From: Candidatus Cryptobacteroides sp. | GTDB taxonomy: Bacteria; Bacteroidota; Bacteroidia; Bacteroidales; UBA932 | Assembly (NCBI GenBank): GCA_045635205.1 | Contig: JAZRBS010000025.1 | Coordinates: 3,279 to 67,278 of the forward strand | Direction of reading: 5' to 3' | Length of the DNA: 64,000 bases | Part shown: positions 32,639-43,965 of the stretch, in pieces | Layout: every line of letters starts with the position of its first letter | Numbering within the stretch: position 1 is the first letter of the stretch | Translations under genes and position numbers: made by a program | Notes under the pieces: model-generated | Databases searched by the model: none | Seen by the model: only the letters and a program-made list of their open reading frames with translations | Told to the model about the DNA's origin: nothing

Positions 32639-33964
32639 TTATTTGGAAGCTGCACTGATCCCCGCAAGATATCCTGTCGAGAAGGCGGTCTGCAAGTTGT
32701 ATCCTCCTGTGTCGGCGTCGAGGTCAAGGATCTCTCCTGCGAAATGAAGACCGGGGATAAGTTTGGATTCCAAGGTTTTGGCCGTGACTTCATCGAGACT
32801 TATGCCGCCGGCTGTGACGACGCATCTTTCATAACCGACAAAGCCTGCAATGTCGAATTTCCAATTCTTGAGAGCCTTTGGCAAGGTCTTATGGTCAAGG
32901 CTCGGGTTGAGCTTTAAGAATCCCGGAATAAGCGACATTGGCAGCACTTTGGTGAGAAGAATCCTGAATCTGTCCTTGTATAGCTTGTTCGCATTCTTTT
33001 TATCCTTGGATATTTCGTTCCATAGACAGCCGATGCGGACTGTCAGGTCTTCCGGATCAACGGCAGGTTTCAGGTCGATGATCACCGAGGCCTTGGAACC
33101 GTTGGTGATGGCATTGACGCATCTGCGGCTGACCTTGAATCCAATCGGACCTTCGATGCCTCCGTCTGTGAAGTCGAGGTCACCGAACTCTTCCTGTGCG
33201 AGGTTTCCGTCAATGTAAAGGCTGATGCTTATGTTCTTAAGTTGGTTGCCGCAGAGGCTTTCACCGGTTTCGGTAAGAGGAGTATTGCGGTTGATATGCC
33301 CTTTCATATCCCCGGCCGGCGCGTCAATCTTATAGCCGCGCGGAACAATGGCTGTGAGGGAAGGGAAGAGTGGCTTTATGCTGTGTCCGAAACTGCCTGC
33401 CCATCTGTATCCGTCTCCCGTCGAACCGGTCTTCCTATATGAGAGTCCGCCTGTACAGATTATAAGCTTGCGGCAGTTGTATTCCGAGCCGTCTGTACAT
33501 CCAATGGTAAAGCTTCCCTCGCTTCGTGAAATTTCCCTGACTTCTTTGCTGCAATGGATCTGTGCACCAGCATTTTCTGCTGCCCTGACCAATGCATCCA
33601 CAATGTCGGATGCCAGATGTGATGCTGGAAATGCACGGTCACCGCGTTCCACGATAGTCTCAGTGCCGTTCCGTTCGATAAAATCGATCATTCCTTCGGA
33701 AGTGAGATTGTAGAACGAATGCTTCAGGAAATTGGGTTTCGGATGAATATGGCTGCTGAATTCGTTCCAGGGCTTCACGTTGGTGAAATTGCACCGTCCC
33801 TTGCCGGTAATCATTATTTTTCTGCCTGGCCTTGGCATCTTTTCCAGCACAAGTACCTTTGCCTGCCTGCCGTCTGCCGCAAATTTGCCTGCTGCACCTG
33901 CTGCAGCCATAAGTCCTGCAGCTCCTCCACCTATAATAATAATATCTGCTGAATTCTTTTCCAT
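32639..33964 (-). CDS. HI0933/BaiN/YhiN-family flavoprotein
   Basis: IGGGAAGLMAA, GRKIMITGKGRCNFTN, TGGLSY..TGSTGDG, VTAGG and GEILDLDADTGGYNLQ. Confidence 0.93.
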   Translation of the reverse strand: MEKNSADIIIIGGGAAGLMAAAGAAGKFAADGRQAKVLVLEKMPRPGRKIMITGKGRCNFTNVKPWNEFSSHIHPKPNFLKHSFYNLTSEGMIDFIERNGTETIVERGDRAFPASHLASDIVDALVRAAENAGAQIHCSKEVREISRSEGSFTIGCTDGSEYNCRKLIICTGGLSYRKTGSTGDGYRWAGSFGHSIKPLFPSLTAIVPRGYKIDAPAGDMKGHINRNTPLTETGESLCGNQLKNISISLYIDGNLAQEEFGDLDFTDGGIEGPIGFKVSRRCVNAITNGSKASVIIDLKPAVDPEDLTVRIGCLWNEISKDKKNANKLYKDRFRILLTKVLPMSLIPGFLKLNPSLDHKTLPKALKNWKFDIAGFVGYERCVVTAGGISLDEVTAKTLESKLIPGLHFAGEILDLDADTGGYNLQTAFSTGYLAGISAASK

Positions 33965-34080
33965 AGTAGACCTAGATTATTAACTCACGTTCCGCAAGTG
34001 CGAAAGTTATATTATCCCGATGCAAATTTATGGAAAAAATCTCTATATTTGCAGTCCCTTCCACCGAAGGAGTTTCGGTT

Positions 34081-34153
34081 GCCACTTTAGCTTAGTCGGT
34101 AGAGCATCGCATTCGTAACGCGAAGGTCGTGGGTTCGAATCCCATAGGTGGCT
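34081..34153 (+). tRNA. tRNA-Thr(CGT)
   Basis: Acceptor stem GCCACTT/AGGTGGC, D-arm AGCTTAGTCGGTAGAGC, anticodon loop TTCGTAA and GGTTCGAATCC. CCA is not encoded. Confidence 0.97.
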
Positions 34154-34154
34154 C

Positions 34155-34183
34155 AAAAAAGGATATCAAGCGATATCCTTTTT
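34155..34183. terminator. Bidirectional terminator between the tRNA and thioredoxin
   Basis: AAAAAAGGATATC-AAGC-GATATCCTTTTT. Confidence 0.85.
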
Positions 34184-34648
34184 CTATTTTTCCATAAGGA
34201 AGGTTCTGATTTCTTCCTTGAATTTATCCTTTCCTCTTGCTCCGATCGTCATAACCGGCTCATTGCCGTTTGCAGGAATATAGAGGATCGCCGGAATGGA
34301 ACTTACGTTGAAACTCTGTGCAAGTCCTCTTTCCTTGTCGATGTCAACTTTGTAGATGATGATTTTCCCATCATATTCTACAGCGAGTTCCTCAAGAATC
34401 GGAGCGATTCTCTGGCACGGGCCGCACCAACTGGCAGTGAAATCTACTATCACCGGTTTATCTCCAAGGAAAACCAACTCTTCCGAATTCATATCGAAGA
34501 CCTTTTCGCTGAAACTTTCAGCATTCAGTTCCTTCACTGCTTTCTGTGTCTTATCTGCCTTCTTATCATTCTGCGCTCCTGCATTCCCACAGGCTGCAAG
34601 CATCATTATGGCCACGATGGCCAGTGTAATGGTCTTTAAAGTTTTCAT
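34184..34648 (-). CDS. Thioredoxin with lipoprotein signal
   Basis: MKTLK...LAAC lipobox, VDFTASWCGPC and SIP. Its promoter motif TAAATTTG overlaps the catalase stop. Confidence 0.92.
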   Translation of the reverse strand: MKTLKTITLAIVAIMMLAACGNAGAQNDKKADKTQKAVKELNAESFSEKVFDMNSEELVFLGDKPVIVDFTASWCGPCQRIAPILEELAVEYDGKIIIYKVDIDKERGLAQSFNVSSIPAILYIPANGNEPVMTIGARGKDKFKEEIRTFLMEK

Positions 34649-34673
34649 ATCAGTTATTTTGCTTTGCGCAAAT

Positions 34674-36176
34674 TTAGTAATAAAATTCGTGTCTGTCAGC
34701 AGGGTCGCTGGCAATCATCGCTTCATTCAGATCCAAACCTAGTGCCAATGCCACTCCAGCCCCATATTCAGGATCTGCCTTATAGCAATTCCTGATATGC
34801 CTTTGCTTGATGAATACTTCGGCATCTCCCATTGCTCTTGCTGTGTTTTCGCAGGTGATTTTCTGATCTTCCCGACTCATAAGCCTCCATAGCATTCCCG
34901 GCTGGGTGAAGTAGTCGCTGTCAAATTCCCTTTCATCATAGTTGTATGCCGGTCCGCCGTCAAGAGATGGCTCCTTCAACTGCGGTGAATCAGCCCATTC
35001 ACCAAAACTGTTCGGTTCGTATGATATGGTTCTGCCATAATTACCGTCCGTACGCATCTGACCATCTCTGTGGTAAGAATGAAAAGGGCATCTTGGCCTG
35101 TTGACCGGAATAAGGTGATGATTGACCCCCAGGCGATACCTCTGCGCATCTCCGTAAGAAAACAGACGGCCTTGAAGCATCTTGTCAGGTGAGAACCCTA
35201 TTCCGTCGATTATGTTCATCGGATTGAATGCAGCCTGTTCTACTTCTGCAAAGAAATTTTCCGGATTTCTGTTCAATTCAAGGATTCCTACATCCATAAG
35301 AGGGAAGTCCTTGTGGTACCATACCTTGGTCAGGTCGAATGGATTGATCCTGTATTCCTTTGCTTCTTCTTCGGTCATAAGTTGGATCTGCATCTTCCAT
35401 CTAGGATAGTCTCCGCGTTCGATTGCTTCGAAAAGATCCCTCTGGTGTGATTCTCTGTCTTTTGCGATCACCGCTTCAGCCTCTTCATCGGTCAGATTCT
35501 TTATGCCTTGAAGAGTCTGGAGATGGAACTTTACCCAGGTGCGTTTGTTATCTGCATTTATAAAACTGTAGGTGTGACTTCCGAAACCGTGCATATGTCT
35601 GTATGACAATGGAATACCTCTCGGACTCATAGTTATGGTCACCTGGTGCAGGGCTTCCGGCAGAAGTGTCCAGAAATCCCAGTTGCTGGTGGCGCTCCTC
35701 ATACCAGTGCGCGGATCACGTTTGATGGCGTGGTTGAGGTCGGGAAATTTAAGAGGATCTCTCAGAAAGAATACCGGAGTGTTGTTGCCGACAAGATCCC
35801 AGTTGCCTGTGTCTGTGTAGAATTTCATCGCAAATCCGCGGATGTCTCTTTCTGCATCAGCGGCTCCTCTTTCTCCAGCCACAGTGGAGAACCGGACAAA
35901 GCACTCCGTCTTTTTGCCGACTTCGGCGAATATAGATGCCCTTGTCCATCGGGTGATGTCGTTTGTAACTGTGAATGTGCCGTATGCTCCCGCTCCCTTT
36001 GCGTGCATACGTCTCTCAGGAATGACCTCCCTGTCGAAATGAGCGAGTTTTTCGGTGAACCAAGGATCCTGCATTGTGACAGGGCCTGGACGACCTGCCG
36101 TCTGGATGTTCTGATTGTCTGCGATAGGCCTGCCGTTTTCGGCTGTCAGCCTGTGGGGATTGAATTTCTTGTCCAT
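34674..36176 (-). CDS. katA: Monofunctional heme catalase (small subunit)
   Basis: [30 protein letters not shown] and [20 protein letters not shown]. Confidence 0.96.
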   Translation of the reverse strand: MDKKFNPHRLTAENGRPIADNQNIQTAGRPGPVTMQDPWFTEKLAHFDREVIPERRMHAKGAGAYGTFTVTNDITRWTRASIFAEVGKKTECFVRFSTVAGERGAADAERDIRGFAMKFYTDTGNWDLVGNNTPVFFLRDPLKFPDLNHAIKRDPRTGMRSATSNWDFWTLLPEALHQVTITMSPRGIPLSYRHMHGFGSHTYSFINADNKRTWVKFHLQTLQGIKNLTDEEAEAVIAKDRESHQRDLFEAIERGDYPRWKMQIQLMTEEEAKEYRINPFDLTKVWYHKDFPLMDVGILELNRNPENFFAEVEQAAFNPMNIIDGIGFSPDKMLQGRLFSYGDAQRYRLGVNHHLIPVNRPRCPFHSYHRDGQMRTDGNYGRTISYEPNSFGEWADSPQLKEPSLDGGPAYNYDEREFDSDYFTQPGMLWRLMSREDQKITCENTARAMGDAEVFIKQRHIRNCYKADPEYGAGVALALGLDLNEAMIASDPADRHEFYY

Positions 36177-36258
36177 TGGGGATTGATTTGGAAATTTATA
36201 TATAAGGTCCGTTTATTCCAATTCACGGAAACCTTCATTTCCAAATCAAATGCCAATG
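36174..36258 (-). promoter_or_regulatory. Extended RNA hairpin spanning the catalase leader and start codon
   Basis: Nested complementary segments: 36174-79/36253-58, 36183-95/36237-49 (13 bp perfect), 36204-08/36231-35 and 36209-12/36225-28. Confidence 0.65.
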
Positions 36259-36260
36259 TC

Positions 36261-36845
36261 TCAGAAAATAAGTTTCATATCGAATGATTCGTTCTCACAA
36301 TATGTTGCCTTAAAGTTTATTTCACCTTCCTCACGTGACGCGAGAATCGATTTTGGTGCAAGTTCGATGGCTAAGAAATCTCCTATCCTCAGTGAAGTTA
36401 ACCTGGATGCCCTGCATACAGCATCCTCGATCAGTGCCTTAAATGATGCGCTGTCTGATACGGCATCCGGAACGTGGCTGCTGAAAATAGTCTCGTCGTT
36501 CTTTCTCACTTCATATATATTGTCATCATTCTCCAGCACTACCGGATTATAGAGCGGAGCCGGCAGGAGTGAAGAATGGTCTGTACAGGAAGTGAAGGCA
36601 ATCTCTGATGACTCTGGCGTATGACAATACAGGAGTGCACCGAAATTGAATGCATCATAATATCTTGATGCGAATTTCTGTCCGATACATTTGCCGGCCT
36701 TGCAGATTCTGACAAAGACAATCGGAGCCCAATGCAGTTCATTAACACACTCGGGAGAGTAGAAATCCTTGTTCTCCCTCTCCCAAGTCGTGTCCGGGCG
36801 GCAATAGCATAATCCGCTTCCGTATGGTTTTACTATAATGTTCAT
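36261..36845 (-). CDS. Divergent fumarylacetoacetate-hydrolase-like protein
   Basis: YCRPDT...DFYSP, VRICKAGKCIGQKFASRYY and SLRIGD. Occupies its usual position after dnaN and the exonuclease. Confidence 0.75.
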   Translation of the reverse strand: MNIIVKPYGSGLCYCRPDTTWERENKDFYSPECVNELHWAPIVFVRICKAGKCIGQKFASRYYDAFNFGALLYCHTPESSEIAFTSCTDHSSLLPAPLYNPVVLENDDNIYEVRKNDETIFSSHVPDAVSDSASFKALIEDAVCRASRLTSLRIGDFLAIELAPKSILASREEGEINFKATYCENESFDMKLIF

Positions 36846-37768
36846 TGTTGTTCTTCTTGTGAAAATAGGCTGCCCAGTTCTTCAAAAGGAGTATAGCCTT
36901 TAGTGCGTGGCACAAACGTGGTGGCCTTCTTCTTTTCTGCTGCTGCGGCCTTTTTCTCGGCTTCATACTGAGCCTTGAGCCTTGCGAACTGGCGTTTCGT
37001 GTCCAATGTGAAATCGCCGTTGTCTATCCAGGCAAAATATGATGGCTCGTTGAAATATACCTCACGCGCAGTCTTACCCTTGTGTTTTCCGAAACTTACC
37101 ACCGGCTCGTCCTTGTCATTGAGGATAAGTCGTCCGGCATAGTCAACCGTACGTTGCTTAGTGGAGAATTTCGCAAGTTTATCGACATTGTTTTCAATGC
37201 GCGGATCGCCGGAGTACCTGTCAAGTTGTCCTTTGAGCACTTCGTATGTGGCAAGGGTGTCTGCTTCTGCTGCGTGTGCGTTTTCAAGTTCGCGTCCGCA
37301 GTAGAACAGATAGGCCGCTTTCAGTGTCCTCGGCTCCATAGCGTGGAATATGTTCTGCACATCCACCATTTTCATAGAGTGGAGATCGATTGACGGCTGC
37401 TTGTCGGTATATCTGCGTACACGTTCAATCTCTTCCGCAAGCATCGGAAGGTCGAATTTGGCAGAATTGAAGCCTGCAAGGTCGCTTCCTGTAAGCCATT
37501 CTGTCACTTCGTCGGCAATCTGATAGAATGTAGGGCTGCCTACAAGGTCTTCTGCAGATATTCCGTGCACAGCCTGAGCAGAAGGATTGATCGGTCTCTG
37601 GCACTGAGCCTCATAGTCCCAAGGCCTGACACGCCAGGTCTTGACCCATTGTTCTCCTCCGGGCAGAATCTTGACGAAACTGAGTTCGATGATCGAATCC
37701 GAAGCGATGTTAAGGCCGGTACTTTCGATATCGAAAAACAGCAATGGTCTCTCTAGATTCAGTTCCAT
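36842..37768 (-). CDS. DEDDh 3'-5' exonuclease (DNA polymerase III epsilon-like)
   Basis: FFDIESTG, VHGI, AGFNSAKFDLPML, AHAAEAD and FGKHKG. Confidence 0.92.
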   Translation of the reverse strand: MELNLERPLLFFDIESTGLNIASDSIIELSFVKILPGGEQWVKTWRVRPWDYEAQCQRPINPSAQAVHGISAEDLVGSPTFYQIADEVTEWLTGSDLAGFNSAKFDLPMLAEEIERVRRYTDKQPSIDLHSMKMVDVQNIFHAMEPRTLKAAYLFYCGRELENAHAAEADTLATYEVLKGQLDRYSGDPRIENNVDKLAKFSTKQRTVDYAGRLILNDKDEPVVSFGKHKGKTAREVYFNEPSYFAWIDNGDFTLDTKRQFARLKAQYEAEKKAAAAEKKKATTFVPRTKGYTPFEELGSLFSQEEQQ

Positions 37769-37770
37769 AA

Positions 37771-38892
37771 CTAACTGATCATAATAGGCATAATGATACC
37801 GCAGATCTTTTCGCTCTCTTCCTCCTCTTCGGCAGGAACGATGAGTGCTGCGCGCTTGCTGTCGAGGAACTTCATAACGAGTTCGCCGCAGGTCATATTT
37901 GAAAGGATTTCAATTATGAACGGAGACTTGAAACCGATTGTGAGATCCTCTCCGTCATACTGGCACTGCATTGTTTCGTGTGCTGCGATGGAGAAGCCGA
38001 GATCCTGGGCTGAGATCATAAGACTGCCGCTCTTGAGGTCGAATTTGATATGGTTAGAAGCCTTGTTGGAGCAGACTGATACACGTTTTACAGTGTTGAG
38101 GAGTTGTACTCTGTTGATCCTCAGGATGTTGGAGTTGTTCTGAGGGATTACGTCACGGTACTTAGGGTATTTGCCTACTACCAGACGGCAGATCACCATT
38201 GTGTTTCCGAACTTGAAAACAGCATTCTTTGAGTCGAATGCAATATCGACAGTCTCCGCATCTTTGCCGATGATAGACTTGAGGATGGCAGCAGGCTTCT
38301 TGTGAAGAATGAAAGATGCCTTCTCGGATGCCTTCACGTCAGCGGTAGTGTAGCATATAAGTTTGTGTGAGTCTGATGCTACGAGGGTTGTCGATGAGAG
38401 GTCGATGTCGAAGAATATACCGTTCATTGCCGGACGGATCTCGTCATCGGCAGTTGCGTAGATTGTGCTTGAAATGCCGTCAACGAGGCTTTGAGCAGGG
38501 AACTGGAGTGTGACAGCAGTGTCGTCAGTGCCTGTGATTGCAGGATAGTCCTCAGCAGGGAAATATGGCAGAGTTGACTCTCCGCTTGCCCAACTGCATA
38601 CGAAGGAACTGTCGCTTGAGGTGCTGATTGTCAGAGGCTGGTCTGGAAGTTCCTTGAGGAGATCCATCATATGTTTTGCCGGAACAGCGATTCTTCCTTC
38701 TTCCGCTGTACTTTCAGTTTCGATCTGAGTCTTGAGTGTCAACTCCGAATCAGATGCGGTGATCTCAAGCGTATTGCCCTTGAGGTCGAACAGGAAGTTT
38801 TCAAGAATCGGGAGTGGAGACTTTGCCGGAATTGCCTTGGCTACAGCCATTACTCCTCTTAGCAGTTCTGAACTTGAAATGATTAGTTTCAT
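37771..38892 (-). CDS. dnaN: DNA polymerase III beta clamp
   Basis: LPILENFLF, ITASDSE, DEIRPAMNGI, ASDSHKL, GKYPKY..VIP and IMPIM. Confidence 0.97.
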   Translation of the reverse strand: MKLIISSSELLRGVMAVAKAIPAKSPLPILENFLFDLKGNTLEITASDSELTLKTQIETESTAEEGRIAVPAKHMMDLLKELPDQPLTISTSSDSSFVCSWASGESTLPYFPAEDYPAITGTDDTAVTLQFPAQSLVDGISSTIYATADDEIRPAMNGIFFDIDLSSTTLVASDSHKLICYTTADVKASEKASFILHKKPAAILKSIIGKDAETVDIAFDSKNAVFKFGNTMVICRLVVGKYPKYRDVIPQNNSNILRINRVQLLNTVKRVSVCSNKASNHIKFDLKSGSLMISAQDLGFSIAAHETMQCQYDGEDLTIGFKSPFIIEILSNMTCGELVMKFLDSKRAALIVPAEEEEESEKICGIIMPIMIS

Positions 38893-39090
38893 AATTTATA
38901 GTGTTTATATTATTTCATTTTGCGCCTATATATAATACGGCATATTAAGTGAACAAATATAGAAAATTTTTCCGAGCCATTGGCATATTTTTTGATTTTT
39001 TCACCCCGGTGATAACAAATGCTGCTAGATTGTCAGCAAAAACCGCGCATAAATATAGATTTGAATAAAAATTATTTACAGGATATAAAT

Positions 39091-40521
39091 ATGAAAAGAG
39101 GTATTCTAATCGCTTTGCTTTCCGCAGCAGTCGGAGGGCTGACGGCTTATGCTGTCGTAAACGCTATGACAAAGAACCAGGTTCCGGTGATGCAGAGCAT
39201 TGACGGATCGCAGTTCAGGACTGTCAATCTGTCACACGAGAATTGGCCGGATTTTACATACGCAGCCGAATCTGCTGTTGATGCTGTCGTATATGTGAAG
39301 GTCACTTCGACCCAGACACAGCCGCAGGCTCCTAATTCGATTTTCGACTATTTCTTCGGATTCCCGCAAGGTTCTCCACAGCAGCGTGAAAAGGTGGGAA
39401 GCGGCTCGGGAGTAATAATCCGTGAAGATGGCTATATCGTTACAAATAACCACGTTATAGATGGTGCCAGCAAGATTGAGGTCACTCTGAACAATAATCA
39501 GACATACCCAGCGACTCTTGTGGGAACCGATCCGGCAACTGATGTGGCTCTGCTGAAGATAGATGCAACCGGTCTGCCGATAATTCCTTTCGGTGACTCC
39601 GACAAACTCCGTCTTGGAGAATGGGTCATTGCCATAGGCTCTCCATACGACCTTCGCTCGACGATTACAGCGGGAATCGTCAGTGCCAAAGGCCGTTCGA
39701 TGCCTAACTACACAGGAGAATTCAAGGTCGAATCATTCATCCAGACCGATGCTGCTGTCAATCCTGGCAACAGTGGTGGTGCTCTCGTTGACAGAGCAGG
39801 AAATCTGGTGGGCATAAACACTGCCATATATTCGCAGACAGGATCATATACAGGCTATTCATTTGCTGTCCCTGTCAATATCGTAAAGAAGATCGCATAC
39901 GACTTGATGGATTACGGAAGTGTAAAGAGGGCAGTTCTGGGCATAACGATGGGGCCTATCGACGATAAAATCGCAGAAGAAATGAAACTTTCTTCTAGAA
40001 ACGGCGTATATATTAGCGAGGTTTCGGAAAGCGGAGCGGCAGACAAGGCTGGAATCAAGGCCGGAGACGTACTGATCGCTATCGATTCCACACAGATCAA
40101 AGGCACTGCGTCGGTTCAGGAGACGGTCAGCAGATATTCTCCGGGTGACGAGGCAAAGGTGACTGTCATCCGTGACGGTAAGGAGATGACTTTCGATGTG
40201 ATTTTCAAAGGAACGGCTCAGGAGAACGGTACAGTAGCAGACGACGGCTCTGTGGCATTCTACGGGTCATCAATAAAGTCGGCTTCGGAAGAGACTCTGG
40301 CTAAGTACGGCTTGAAGAACGGTGTGGAGATCGTGGAACTGGGACCAGGCAAACTGATGGAGGCCGGAGCAGTGGAAGGATTCATAATCCAGTATATTAA
40401 CGACCATCCGGTAAAGACTCCTCAGGATGTAATAGATGCAGTGAAGAAGTCGAAGAGGACGGTGTTTATCGAGGGTGTGACACCTTCCGGCAGAACAGGA
40501 TATTTCGGCTTCGGTCTGTAG
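39091..40521 (+). CDS. degP: DegP/HtrA serine protease with PDZ domains
   Basis: [25 protein letters not shown] and [16 protein letters not shown]. Confidence 0.94.
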   Translation: MKRGILIALLSAAVGGLTAYAVVNAMTKNQVPVMQSIDGSQFRTVNLSHENWPDFTYAAESAVDAVVYVKVTSTQTQPQAPNSIFDYFFGFPQGSPQQREKVGSGSGVIIREDGYIVTNNHVIDGASKIEVTLNNNQTYPATLVGTDPATDVALLKIDATGLPIIPFGDSDKLRLGEWVIAIGSPYDLRSTITAGIVSAKGRSMPNYTGEFKVESFIQTDAAVNPGNSGGALVDRAGNLVGINTAIYSQTGSYTGYSFAVPVNIVKKIAYDLMDYGSVKRAVLGITMGPIDDKIAEEMKLSSRNGVYISEVSESGAADKAGIKAGDVLIAIDSTQIKGTASVQETVSRYSPGDEAKVTVIRDGKEMTFDVIFKGTAQENGTVADDGSVAFYGSSIKSASEETLAKYGLKNGVEIVELGPGKLMEAGAVEGFIIQYINDHPVKTPQDVIDAVKKSKRTVFIEGVTPSGRTGYFGFGL

Positions 40522-40549
40522 GAGAAGAAACAGGCTTAAATTATATTTA

Positions 40550-41410
40550 ATGAGACAGTTAAAGATTACAAAATCGATTACCAATCGTGAGAGTGCGTCA
40601 CTTGACAAGTATCTTCAGGAGATCGGTAGGGAAGAACTCATCACGGTGGAGGAAGAGGTGGAACTCGCCCAGAGGATCCGCAAGGGAGACCAGCAGGCGC
40701 TGGAGAAACTGACAAGAGCGAACCTTCGTTTCGTGGTTTCTGTTGCAAAACAGTACCAGAATCAGGGACTCAGCCTTCCGGACCTTATCAATGAAGGCAA
40801 TCTCGGTCTTATAAAGGCAGCAGAGAAATTTGATGAGACAAGAGGATTCAAGTTCATTTCATACGCTGTATGGTGGATCCGTCAGTCAATCCTTCAGGCT
40901 CTGGCAGAACAGTCCAGAATCGTACGCCTTCCTCTGAACCAGGTGGGATCTCTCAATAAGATTAACAAGGCTCTGTCAAAGTTCGAGCAGGAGAATGAGA
41001 GAATGCCTTCAAGCGAGGAACTTTCCGAGATGATAGATGTGCCTAAGGACAAGATCGCTGATACTCTCAGGGTTTCGGGAAGGCACGTGTCTGTGGATGC
41101 TCCGTTCGTAGAGGGAGAGGACAACAGTCTTCTGGATGTGCTTGTAAACAACGATTCTCCAAGTGCAGACCGTGGATTGGTGAACGAATCTCTCAATAAG
41201 GAGATCGAGAGAGCGCTTTCTACTCTTGCGACTCGCGAGAGGGAAATCATCAAGTCTTTCTTCGGCATCGGTTGCCAGGAAATGACTCTGGAAGAGATCG
41301 GAGAGCGTTTCGGACTTACCCGTGAGCGCGTCCGTCAGATCAAGGAGAAGGCGATCCGCAAACTCAAGAACAACTCAAGAAGCAAACTTTTGAAAAGCTA
41401 TTTAGGATAA
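40550..41410 (+). CDS. rpoD: Primary sigma-70 factor (Bacteroidota type, no region 1.1)
   Basis: [43 protein letters not shown] and [13 protein letters not shown]. Confidence 0.95.
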   Translation: MRQLKITKSITNRESASLDKYLQEIGREELITVEEEVELAQRIRKGDQQALEKLTRANLRFVVSVAKQYQNQGLSLPDLINEGNLGLIKAAEKFDETRGFKFISYAVWWIRQSILQALAEQSRIVRLPLNQVGSLNKINKALSKFEQENERMPSSEELSEMIDVPKDKIADTLRVSGRHVSVDAPFVEGEDNSLLDVLVNNDSPSADRGLVNESLNKEIERALSTLATREREIIKSFFGIGCQEMTLEEIGERFGLTRERVRQIKEKAIRKLKNNSRSKLLKSYLG

Positions 41411-43200
41411 TGACTCCAGAAAAATTCATCATAACTAAAGCGTCTGAAGCAATTCAGGCGCTTTACGGCGTTGAGATACCTGAGGCGCAACTTCAGGTGC
41501 AGGTGACTCGTAAAGAGTTTGAGGGCGACTATACTTTGGTGGTATTCCCTCTTTTGAAAATATCCAAGACCACTCCTGAAAATACAGGAAATGCCATCGG
41601 AGAGTGGCTTAAGGTCAATGTGCCGGAGATTTCGGCCTACAACACTGTAAAGGGATTCCTCAATCTCTCGTTCTCTGAAGTTTATTGGAACAATGTGTTT
41701 GCAGAGATTGCTGCAGCGGAAGATTTCGGACAACTGGAGCCTACGGGAAAGACCATTATGGTGGAGTACTCTTCTCCAAATACCAACAAACCACTTCACC
41801 TTGGACATATCCGCAACAATCTTCTCGGATGGTCTGTTGCCAGACTTCTCGAAGTGTGCGGACATAATGTGATGAAGGTTAACCTTGTAAATGACCGTGG
41901 TATCCATATCTGCAAGTCTATGTATGCCTGGAAGGTGCTCGGAAACGGTGAGACTCCTCAGTCGAGCGGAAAGAAGGGCGACCATCTTGTTGGAGACTAT
42001 TATGTAGCCTTCAACAATCTCTACAAGAAGGAGGTTGATGAACTGGTAGCAGGTGGTATGAGCAAGGAAGAGGCAGAGAAGAATGCTCCTTCACTCAAGG
42101 CTGCGCAGGAGATGCTCTTCAAATGGGAGAACGGTGATGCGGAGGTTGTGGAACTCTGGAAGACAATGAACGGCTGGGTTTACGAAGGCTTTGACAAGAC
42201 ATATAACGACTTGGGAATCAACTTCGACAGGACATATTATGAGTCTCAGACCTATCTTTTCGGAAAAGCACTCGTTCAGAAAGGCCTCGAGGCTGGCATT
42301 TTCGAAAAACAGGAGGACGGTTCAGTTTGGTGTGACCTTACTGCAGACGGACTTGACAGGAAACTCCTCCTTCGTGGAGACGGCACTTCCGTGTATATGA
42401 CACAGGATCTCGGAACTGCAGAACAGCGTTTTGCTGAATATAGTCTTGACGAGCATATTTATGTGGTAGGAAACGAGCAGAATTATCATTTCCAGGTTCT
42501 CAAACTTATTCTTGGCAAACTTGGATTTGACTGGTCAGACAGCATCTATCATCTTTCATACGGAATGGTGGAACTTCCTGAAGGCAAGATGAAGTCGCGT
42601 GAAGGAACTGTTGTCGATGCTGACGATCTTATTGCTGATATGTATAATACCGCAAAGGAGACTTCTCTCGAACTCGGAAAGATCGATAATCTTTCAGAAG
42701 AGGAGCAGGATGCTCTTTTCAAGATGATCAGCCTCGGTGCCCTCAAATATTTCATCCTAAAGGTGGATCCACGCAAGACAATGCTCTTCGACCCTAAGGA
42801 ATCTATTGACTTCAACGGCAATACGGGTCCTTTCATCCAATATACCCACGCGCGTATCAAGTCTATCCTTCGCAAGGCGGATGAGAGGGGAGTGGCACAT
42901 ACCGTTGATGCAGTGAAGCCTGATTCTGAACTTACCCCTAAGGAGGTACGTATCATAAAGATTCTCAATACATTCCCTGCTAAGGTTGCCGAGGCTGGTG
43001 CGGCTCATTCGCCTGCAGTCATAGCAAATTTTGCATACGAACTTGCCAAAGAGTTCAACCAGTATTACCACGATACTCCTATACTCCGTGAGGAGAATCA
43101 GGCATTGCTCCAGTATCGTCTGGTACTTGTGGAGACAATTGCCAAGGTTCTTCGCAAGGCAATGTCGATCCTTGGAATCAATCTTCCGGAGAGAATGTAA
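41410..43200 (+). CDS. argS: Arginine--tRNA ligase
   Basis: EYSSPNTNKPLHLGH, GKMKSREG, GNTGPFIQYTHAR and LGINLPERM. Confidence 0.97.
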   Translation: MTPEKFIITKASEAIQALYGVEIPEAQLQVQVTRKEFEGDYTLVVFPLLKISKTTPENTGNAIGEWLKVNVPEISAYNTVKGFLNLSFSEVYWNNVFAEIAAAEDFGQLEPTGKTIMVEYSSPNTNKPLHLGHIRNNLLGWSVARLLEVCGHNVMKVNLVNDRGIHICKSMYAWKVLGNGETPQSSGKKGDHLVGDYYVAFNNLYKKEVDELVAGGMSKEEAEKNAPSLKAAQEMLFKWENGDAEVVELWKTMNGWVYEGFDKTYNDLGINFDRTYYESQTYLFGKALVQKGLEAGIFEKQEDGSVWCDLTADGLDRKLLLRGDGTSVYMTQDLGTAEQRFAEYSLDEHIYVVGNEQNYHFQVLKLILGKLGFDWSDSIYHLSYGMVELPEGKMKSREGTVVDADDLIADMYNTAKETSLELGKIDNLSEEEQDALFKMISLGALKYFILKVDPRKTMLFDPKESIDFNGNTGPFIQYTHARIKSILRKADERGVAHTVDAVKPDSELTPKEVRIIKILNTFPAKVAEAGAAHSPAVIANFAYELAKEFNQYYHDTPILREENQALLQYRLVLVETIAKVLRKAMSILGINLPERM

Positions 43201-43364
43201 ATGCGATTAAATGTACGATTATAGCGGATCCGGATACATTTCGGATTCGCTTTTGTTTTCTTCAGGTATCTTTTTTGTAAATTTTAATTTATAATATTTC
43301 AAAATTAGAAAATTGTTTTTATCTTTGCCTTCGTAAATGGAATAAACAATTAAATATTATTGAT

Positions 43365-43940
43365 ATGAACAGCGTTAAAGGAACAAAAACAGAACAGAAC
43401 CTCCTCAAGTCTTTTGCTGGAGAGAGTCAGGCAAGAAGCAGATATACTTTCTTTGCAGAAGTTGCAAGGAAGGAAGGTTATGAGCAGATAGCGGGAGTGT
43501 TTATGGAAACTGCCGAGCAGGAAAGAGAGCACGCCAAGAGATTCTTCAATTTCCTCGAGGGTGGTGACCTTGAGATTACTGCGACCTATCCGGCAGGAGT
43601 GATCGGAACTACAGCCGAGAATCTTCTTGCTGCTGCAAAAGGTGAGAATGAAGAGTGGGATGTGCTCTACAAGGAGTTTGCTGAGGTTGCTTCAGAAGAA
43701 GGATTTCCAGCCATTGCAGCGACATTCCGCAATATCGCAAAGGTCGAGGCAGAGCACGAGCGCCGTTATCTCAAACTTTTGAGCCGTATGTCGGACGGTG
43801 ATTTCTTCAAGCGTGACGGTAAGATCTGGTGGCAGTGCCGCAACTGCGGATATATCGTTGAAGCAGAGGCTGCGCCAAAGACTTGCCCTGCTTGTCTCTT
43901 CCCGCAGGCATATTTCGAGCCGATGAAGGAGAACTATTGA
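43365..43940 (+). CDS. rbr: Rubrerythrin
   Basis: FAGESQARSRY, EQEREHAKRF, GENEE, EAEHE and the rubredoxin motif WQCRNCG...CPAC. Confidence 0.96.
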   Translation: MNSVKGTKTEQNLLKSFAGESQARSRYTFFAEVARKEGYEQIAGVFMETAEQEREHAKRFFNFLEGGDLEITATYPAGVIGTTAENLLAAAKGENEEWDVLYKEFAEVASEEGFPAIAATFRNIAKVEAEHERRYLKLLSRMSDGDFFKRDGKIWWQCRNCGYIVEAEAAPKTCPACLFPQAYFEPMKENY

Positions 43941-43965
43941 AAATAATGACTACTTTTGTCAGGTT

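Noticed and set aside
34081-34183. tRNA-Thr as an integration site
   Set aside because: There is no integrase, and I saw no duplicated tRNA 3' end; a terminator and core genes follow directly.
43285-43320. PerR/Fur-like box upstream of rubrerythrin (TTATAATATTTCAAA)
   Set aside because: Plausible, but only a partial match in very AT-rich DNA.
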